Assembly: GCA_030149205.1 (NCBI GenBank)
Contig: JASBSB010000001.1
Coordinates: 930,001-962,000, forward strand
From: Candidatus Heimdallarchaeota archaeon
GTDB lineage: Archaea; Asgardarchaeota; Heimdallarchaeia; Heimdallarchaeales; Kariarchaeaceae
Direction: 5' to 3'
DNA: 32,000 nucleotides
In this document: in pieces, positions 27,064-32,000 of the stretch
How positions within the stretch are numbered: the first letter of the stretch is position 1
How the letters are laid out: every line of letters begins with the position of its first letter
Notes under the pieces: model-generated
What the model was told of the DNA's origin: nothing
Seen by the model: only the letters and a program-made list of their open reading frames with translations
Databases searched by the model: none
Program-made: the position numbers and the translations under genes

Positions 27064-27666
27064 TCACACAAAAAGATTTGCATATTTGGATTTAAATTCT
27101 TCATAACAGTTCTCACAGCAAAATGCCATCAGGTGGTTGGGTTGCACCTCTCTTACAAACCCTCTTCCAGACATTGTTGATTGACACTCTGGACAGTATA
27201 ATTTATCAACTGCTTCACCTTCGATATTTACTTCTGTCCCAATATCTTGATTAGAGTTTAAAATGGGGATCAGTTGAAAATTTAAGATTTGGTTTTCTGA
27301 GAAAAACTCGGTCAATGTCTTCAAAGAAAGATTAGAGATGGGAATAGTTTCACAGATGTAATTATACACCCCCGCAACATGATATACTTTGGTTAGAAAA
27401 TTAATAGAGAGTAGCTCAGTAAGAAAATTGCTTGATGCTGTGTTCCTAACCTGAATCTGAATGAGATAAGCCTGGTAGCTAGGAGTGAGTTTACTCCAAT
27501 TTACGATCAAAGAAAAACCGAGAATATATTTCTCCTTTTTTAATTTGCTTATTCTATAGGTAATTGTTGCAGGTGACACTTCTAGTTTGTTAGATAGCCA
27601 ATTGTTTGACACTTGTGGATCTTTATTGAGATAGTATAAAATCTCAAGGTCTGTTTGATCAACCAT
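27064..27666 (-). CDS. Lrp/AsnC-type HTH regulator with a C-terminal TRASH domain (archaeal CopR/CopT-like)
   Basis: DQTDLEIL..L..LEVSPATITYRISKLKKE (wHTH), an AsnC-like middle domain, and CPEC...FCCENC. ATG 27666 preferred over TTG 27675. Confidence 0.85.
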   Translation of the reverse strand: MVDQTDLEILYYLNKDPQVSNNWLSNKLEVSPATITYRISKLKKEKYILGFSLIVNWSKLTPSYQAYLIQIQVRNTASSNFLTELLSINFLTKVYHVAGVYNYICETIPISNLSLKTLTEFFSENQILNFQLIPILNSNQDIGTEVNIEGEAVDKLYCPECQSTMSGRGFVREVQPNHLMAFCCENCYEEFKSKYANLFV

Positions 27667-27736
27667 AAAATGCAATTTGAAAAGATTTAAATAAACCCTG
27701 TGATATTTGAAATTTTTTTAGATGTTTAGATATAGG

Positions 27737-27755
27737 TTTGACATATTACATCAAA
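27737..27755. promoter_or_regulatory. Imperfect palindrome between the divergent CopR-like and CopZ-like genes; candidate operator
   Basis: tttgacatattacatcaaa (TTTGA-N9-TCAAA). The region is AT-rich, so a chance match is possible. Confidence 0.25.
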
Positions 27756-27842
27756 TTTATTCTTAAATCGCCTGATTATTCATTAAGCATCATTGAAATA
27801 TTTTACAATATACCATATAAGAATTGAAATAATATTAACATT

Positions 27843-28421
27843 ATGAATTCAATCAACACCGTTAGTGGTAAAGTATTTGAAGGAGAAATCTCTGATCTGA
27901 AACTCTGTCCTTTAGACCAGACAAAAGGACAGAGACTCTTAAGAAAAACCTTAGCAAGCTATTTTCTTCCAGAATATTGGCCGTTGATCGGGAGTTCCAC
28001 CTTTTACTTCTGTGGTTCACAAAATTGCCCGATTATTTATTTTAATAACGAAGACAAACAATATTTTAGTTTTGAAGATGTAAAGCGAAGTGTTATGCAC
28101 AAGATGCCAATTAACACACCTAACAGACCAGCTTGCTACTGTTTAAACGTTTTGGAATCCGTTATAGTTGATGAGCTTTTGGTGAAGAAATGTTGTGACT
28201 CCTTGAAAGATATTCAGGAGTATACTAAGGCAAATACTGGAAAGGATTGCACCATCACAAATCCTTCAGGAAGGTGCTGTGGTAAGAAAATTCAAGAAAT
28301 TATTGCTTGGGCTAGAGATCAGAGAGATGAAATTCATGTGCCTACCTTTGAAGAAGCTGAGAGTTGCTGTGCTGAGATCAATTCAAATACAATTCATTTG
28401 GAACTAATAGATAATCATTAG
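27843..28421 (+). CDS. CopZ N-terminal-domain-like Zn/[2Fe-2S] metallochaperone (Archaeoglobus fulgidus CopZ-NT type)
   Basis: CPLD..G, FYFCGSQNCPIIYF, PACYC and CTITNPSGRCC parallel A. fulgidus CopZ-NT (FYFC..C.VVYF, PVCYC, CVVTNPSGRCC). Confidence 0.88.
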   Translation: MNSINTVSGKVFEGEISDLKLCPLDQTKGQRLLRKTLASYFLPEYWPLIGSSTFYFCGSQNCPIIYFNNEDKQYFSFEDVKRSVMHKMPINTPNRPACYCLNVLESVIVDELLVKKCCDSLKDIQEYTKANTGKDCTITNPSGRCCGKKIQEIIAWARDQRDEIHVPTFEEAESCCAEINSNTIHLELIDNH

Positions 28422-28927
28422 ATTTCACGATAATCGAATATCTCAGATTCTGTTGGGATACTTTGATTTTTCCACTCCTCAGCCTTAATCATTTTTCCCA
28501 AGTATACGATCTGCCCAGTATGATGAGAGTAATGAACCAGTTGTCTCACGATTGCTTCAAGTAGAGAATGTGGTTGTTTACGAATGTAAATTATTCTTTC
28601 CAAATCTTCTTCATTCAGAGAATGCAGAAATTTTAAGAACATGTCCCATTGCTCTTTCCAATATTTAATTAATTCTGGTCTTGTATTGCCAGTTTCATCA
28701 AACTCTTTAGGTCTGTTACGGTCTGGTTTCTCTCCATCCTCAGTGAACACATTAGTCCAGCGTGACCTAATATTCCCAGAGATATGTTTTACAATCACTG
28801 CAACAGAATTAGAAGTGCGGTTTGGCTTAAAAAAAAATTCCTCGTCTGTAAGTTGATCAAAGGTGGACTCTGCTAGTTTTTTCTGCTTTTCCAACTGGGT
28901 TATAATAGGGTGTAATGTTTCATTCAC
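28418..28927 (-). CDS. DUF1572 / DinB-like four-helix protein
   Basis: NSVAVIVKHISGNIRSRWT..DGEKPDRNR..EF and HYSHHTGQIVYLGK. Confidence 0.9.
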   Translation of the reverse strand: MNETLHPIITQLEKQKKLAESTFDQLTDEEFFFKPNRTSNSVAVIVKHISGNIRSRWTNVFTEDGEKPDRNRPKEFDETGNTRPELIKYWKEQWDMFLKFLHSLNEEDLERIIYIRKQPHSLLEAIVRQLVHYSHHTGQIVYLGKMIKAEEWKNQSIPTESEIFDYREI

Positions 28928-28972
28928 TGTACAAACTTAGATTATATTAGATTAAAAAAATATCCGATTCCT

Positions 28973-29203
28973 CTAGTCTGATTTTGTCCCACCACAATTT
29001 AGACAGTATTTTTTGATTTTCCCCAATTTGATGAATGAGATGAATAAGGGACTATCACAGTCATGTTCTTTGTTGTGACGGGGTAATCCTTTCATCTTTT
29101 CCTGGATTTTTGCTTCAACTGATTTATAATACTCCACTAAATTGAGTAGTTCACTCACACATACCCTAACTAAATGGTCTACATAAATATTTTGAATACT
29201 CAT
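28973..29203 (-). CDS. Small protein with a C-terminal putative zinc finger
   Basis: HDC-x17-CLNCGG at the C-terminus. ATG 29203 preferred over TTG 29269. Confidence 0.5.
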   Translation of the reverse strand: MSIQNIYVDHLVRVCVSELLNLVEYYKSVEAKIQEKMKGLPRHNKEHDCDSPLFISFIKLGKIKKYCLNCGGTKSD

Positions 29204-29290
29204 ATAACCTAAAGTACAGGAATCTAGATCAATAGACAAGATGGTAATTTTATAGAAATCAGTACCCAATCTACTAGTATCGTAATTAAA

Positions 29291-29299
29291 TTTTATATA
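29291..29299 (+). promoter_or_regulatory. Putative archaeal TATA box for the LRR-GTPase gene
   Basis: TTTTATATA lies 21-29 nt upstream of the GTG at 29320. Confidence 0.45.
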
Positions 29300-29319
29300 G
29301 ACTCTCCAAATCAGAAATT

Positions 29320-30522
29320 GTGGACGATCTAGAGAAGTTAAGGAAGATATTTACTGAAATCGACCTTTCTGACTCTATTGATCAGATACTGAACTCTAAG
29401 AATACAAAATTTGTAAATAGAAAATTAATTTGGCTGGATCTTGGGTGTGTTTTGGAGGATGTTCAGGAGGAAATTAGGCTGGGTGAGTTCACCGAACTAA
29501 CCTATTTGGGGCTATATGCAAATAATTTGAAGATTCTACCTGTAAACATGTTTCAGGGATTGCACAGGTTACAATATATTGATCTAGGTGAGAATAACTT
29601 GGATGAACTTCCTGAAGAAATTTTTCGTGGGTTAGAAAAGTTGGATGCCCTATGGTTATATTCCAACAATTTACGAGCACTACCAGTCTCACTTTACAAC
29701 CTACACAACCTTAGAGAATTAAATGTTAATTTAAACAAGCTCAATTTCAATTCAATAAGAGAGTTAAGAACACTTAAAAAGTTGGAGAGGCTAGAAGTTG
29801 CTCTGAACCCTGAAATATCACCGATTGAGCTGGCGAAATTAAAATTTGGAAAATTAAAATATCTTATTGTTGATGATACACTTCCCGATGGTAACATAAT
29901 AATCAAAAACCTTTACGAAATCCAGGAGGAAGAAGATTCACACACGAGGTCTAGTAAGGTAATCTTTGGACTTATAACCGGGTTTATGGGCTCAGGAAAA
30001 TCAACTCTTATCAAACATATCCCAAATAAGATACAGACTGACATTACTCCCGACATTCAACCTAGATTGTTTTTTGATAAACATTTCATGATAAAGTATT
30101 CTCCAGATACAAATTTAGTGTTATTTGAGTTGGACGCGCCTACAATTTCAACTTGGACACAGTACATATCAGTTTCAGAATTTGTCTTCGTGCTAATCTC
30201 CGAAGAAGATCTAAGTAAAAGAGATGATGAATTTAAAGAATTCCTTGAACACATAATCAAGAATAGGTCCAGAGAATCTAGAGTTCTCCTTCTTGTGACA
30301 AAGGTCTCTAAGGGAACTAAGAAGAAAACAATTAATTCTAACCTTAGTTCCATTGTAGAAAGGATAGATGACTGTCCCATAGATTTATCTCATGATTTGT
30401 TTCTTGTTTCAATGGGAAACCCATTTCCAGATCTTGGAGGTCAACAAAAAGTCAATCTGAATGAAAAAGAAATTCAACTGATTTTTAATAGTATCAAACC
30501 ATTGAACAAAAACCTAAGCTAA
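29320..30522 (+). CDS. Leucine-rich repeat protein with a C-terminal degenerate small-GTPase-like P-loop domain
   Basis: Five clear LxxLxLxxNxL-type repeats (LTYLGLYANNL, LQYIDLGENNL, LDALWLYSNNL, LRELNVNLNKL, LERLEVALN), then the P-loop GFMGSGKST and a Ras-like strand order. Confidence 0.85.
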   Translation: MDDLEKLRKIFTEIDLSDSIDQILNSKNTKFVNRKLIWLDLGCVLEDVQEEIRLGEFTELTYLGLYANNLKILPVNMFQGLHRLQYIDLGENNLDELPEEIFRGLEKLDALWLYSNNLRALPVSLYNLHNLRELNVNLNKLNFNSIRELRTLKKLERLEVALNPEISPIELAKLKFGKLKYLIVDDTLPDGNIIIKNLYEIQEEEDSHTRSSKVIFGLITGFMGSGKSTLIKHIPNKIQTDITPDIQPRLFFDKHFMIKYSPDTNLVLFELDAPTISTWTQYISVSEFVFVLISEEDLSKRDDEFKEFLEHIIKNRSRESRVLLLVTKVSKGTKKKTINSNLSSIVERIDDCPIDLSHDLFLVSMGNPFPDLGGQQKVNLNEKEIQLIFNSIKPLNKNLS

Positions 30523-30524
30523 AT

Positions 30525-32000
30525 CTATTTGCCTGATAAGAAAAATAGGGAATAGATCAGGATGAGATCAATACTTTCTGGGTCAGTTAGTATAGTGGAG
30601 AGTGTTTTTAATATTAGGTCAGGCTCTTTATTTTCATAACTGACACCAATTAAATGATAATATTTAGGAGTTCCTATGATTATCTCTGTCTCAGTCTCAT
30701 TTAAAGGGATTGTGTCAGCTTGAAACATGAACCTAAAAGATTCATTATTAGATTTAGCTATAATTATAAAAATATCGTTTCTTATTCCATTCATACGTTT
30801 TTTGACCGAGGTAAATGGTGTTTGCCAATGAACATCCCTGTAGTAAGATGAACCTACTGTAAGAATTGTTTGATTTATCTGTAGGTTAGGAAGAGAGGAA
30901 TACATGATGTTTTCAAGAACCTCACCATCAACAGAAACTAATTCAGGGAACACCTTACTTGAATTGTGGAACTTGATCAATTGAGTTGAGTTTATTTCCA
31001 ACAGGCTGGAACCTGACGCTAGTTGTTCTGCAATTGTTTGGTGGTCGATTTTGTCTTCTTGAATTACGATGGCTTCAAGAACATCAATCAAATTTTTATG
31101 TGGAATCCCTAGGTAAATTCCATCATTCTCTAACAGAACCTTCTGAGCCAGTTTGCTTCCAATCTCCTTAATCTCTTCAATAAGATCATCCCTGTTTAGC
31201 AGCTTGAATAATTGTTGGAGAGCTTCTTTTCTTTTCCCTTCTGAAATCAGACCTTCAGCAAGGATATAATCTAAGTATTGATCATAAGGAGGAATAAGCT
31301 CATTTTCAAGGAATTGTTGTAAATTATCAGGTGAAAGTGAATTGCTCCACTTAGAATTATAATTTAGTATTGTAAAGATTCGGGCCAAGGATAGATGAAG
31401 CCATGCTTGGGCTGGAAGAATTGGACTCCACTGATCAACAATTGATTTTAATTGGATGACTAACAATTGAGTTTTGTCCAGATCATTTTCACTAAGTGAA
31501 ACTGGGTTCCAAAGAATTCCTGTTGAGAATTGAATATAATCCCTCAAAATTGAAGCATAATACATAGGATCATCTTTTTTTCCCAATTCTCCAGCCAACA
31601 CCACAAAGTTCCCCAATTTACGAATCTCGTCAATTACCTCATCGGACAATGTTGCTTTAGATTGAACTATTTCGATTTGAATTATTAATACCTGTACACT
31701 CACTAATTCCTCAAGCTCTATATTGTCATCTTTTGTAAGCCTCTTTGATGTTGTAAATTTAACTGTCAATTTTTTTAATTTTGAGGTAACCTCATCTTTA
31801 ATCTCATTCAATGCTTCTAACTGAACATAGTTGCCACCAAATAAGTTGCTTAGCTGTAGAGTTAGATAATTCTTTAATGATGCATATCCAAAGTCTTTGT
31901 TGTAAATTAGCTCTTCATTCGAACTAAGTATACCATATCTCAAATTTTTTATCCTATAAGAATATTGAGCAAAATTCGTTAATTCAGTATCTCCATAATT
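30525..32000 (-). CDS. Large hypothetical protein, 5'-truncated by the window end, with possible TPR-like helices
   Basis: The frame of the 472-aa ORF stays open 19 more codons (NYGDTELTNFAQYSYRIKN) up to base 32000, so TTG 31943 is probably not the start. Confidence 0.75.
   Translation of the reverse strand, partial: NYGDTELTNFAQYSYRIKNLRYGILSSNEELIYNKDFGYASLKNYLTLQLSNLFGGNYVQLEALNEIKDEVTSKLKKLTVKFTTSKRLTKDDNIELEELVSVQVLIIQIEIVQSKATLSDEVIDEIRKLGNFVVLAGELGKKDDPMYYASILRDYIQFSTGILWNPVSLSENDLDKTQLLVIQLKSIVDQWSPILPAQAWLHLSLARIFTILNYNSKWSNSLSPDNLQQFLENELIPPYDQYLDYILAEGLISEGKRKEALQQLFKLLNRDDLIEEIKEIGSKLAQKVLLENDGIYLGIPHKNLIDVLEAIVIQEDKIDHQTIAEQLASGSSLLEINSTQLIKFHNSSKVFPELVSVDGEVLENIMYSSLPNLQINQTILTVGSSYYRDVHWQTPFTSVKKRMNGIRNDIFIIIAKSNNESFRFMFQADTIPLNETETEIIIGTPKYYHLIGVSYENKEPDLILKTLSTILTDPESIDLILIYSLFFLSGK

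Noticed and set aside
29320-30522. Calling the LRR-GTPase a Roco protein
   Set aside because: No COR domain follows, and the G2-G4 motifs are degenerate.
28641-31171. Short ORFs at 28641, 29489, 29694, 30057 and 30986
   Set aside because: Antisense shadows of the DUF1572, LRR-GTPase and terminal genes.
1-32000. CRISPR array, rRNA, tRNA, transposase or prophage genes
   Set aside because: No array of three or more spaced repeats and no recognisable RNA gene or mobile-element protein motifs were seen by eye.

Overview
AT-rich prokaryotic window with about 33 supportable CDSs and no recognisable rRNA, tRNA, transposase, integrase or cas gene. The gene content points to an Asgard archaeon, probably Heimdallarchaeia-like. 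This is inference from a stand-alone longin-fold protein, an LRR-small-GTPase fusion, PxW-tailed 7TM proteins, an AsnC-TRASH regulator, an Archaeoglobus-type CopZ N-domain and TATA-like boxes 22-29 nt before start codons. 1-12 kb: mixed single metabolic genes (Gfo/Idh/MocA, three alpha/beta hydrolases, methyltransferase, an atypical alpha-carbonic anhydrase, aldo-keto reductase, DUF1697, SnoaL plus alphaCTD-like pair) with several unexplained intergenic repeats and structures. 12.2-15.4 kb: a 1092-aa secreted LTD-Ig-EEP-2xFN3-Ig-2xPPC protein. 15.7-18.5 kb: longin + two paralogous 7TM proteins + Ni/Co transporter. 18.6-26.7 kb: a seven-gene PrsW-zinc-ribbon / Cys4 membrane protein / DUF4129 / DUF4350-like / MoxR / DUF58 / membrane protein operon. 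26.7-28.4 kb: rhodanese, CopR-like regulator and CopZ-NT-like gene with no CopA in the window. 29.3-32 kb: an LRR protein with a degenerate GTPase domain, and a large helical protein that runs off the window edge. Best candidates for undescribed systems are the longin-7TM-7TM operon, the PrsW-MoxR-DUF58 membrane operon and the LRR-pseudoGTPase. All family calls come from motif recognition by eye; no database search was run.
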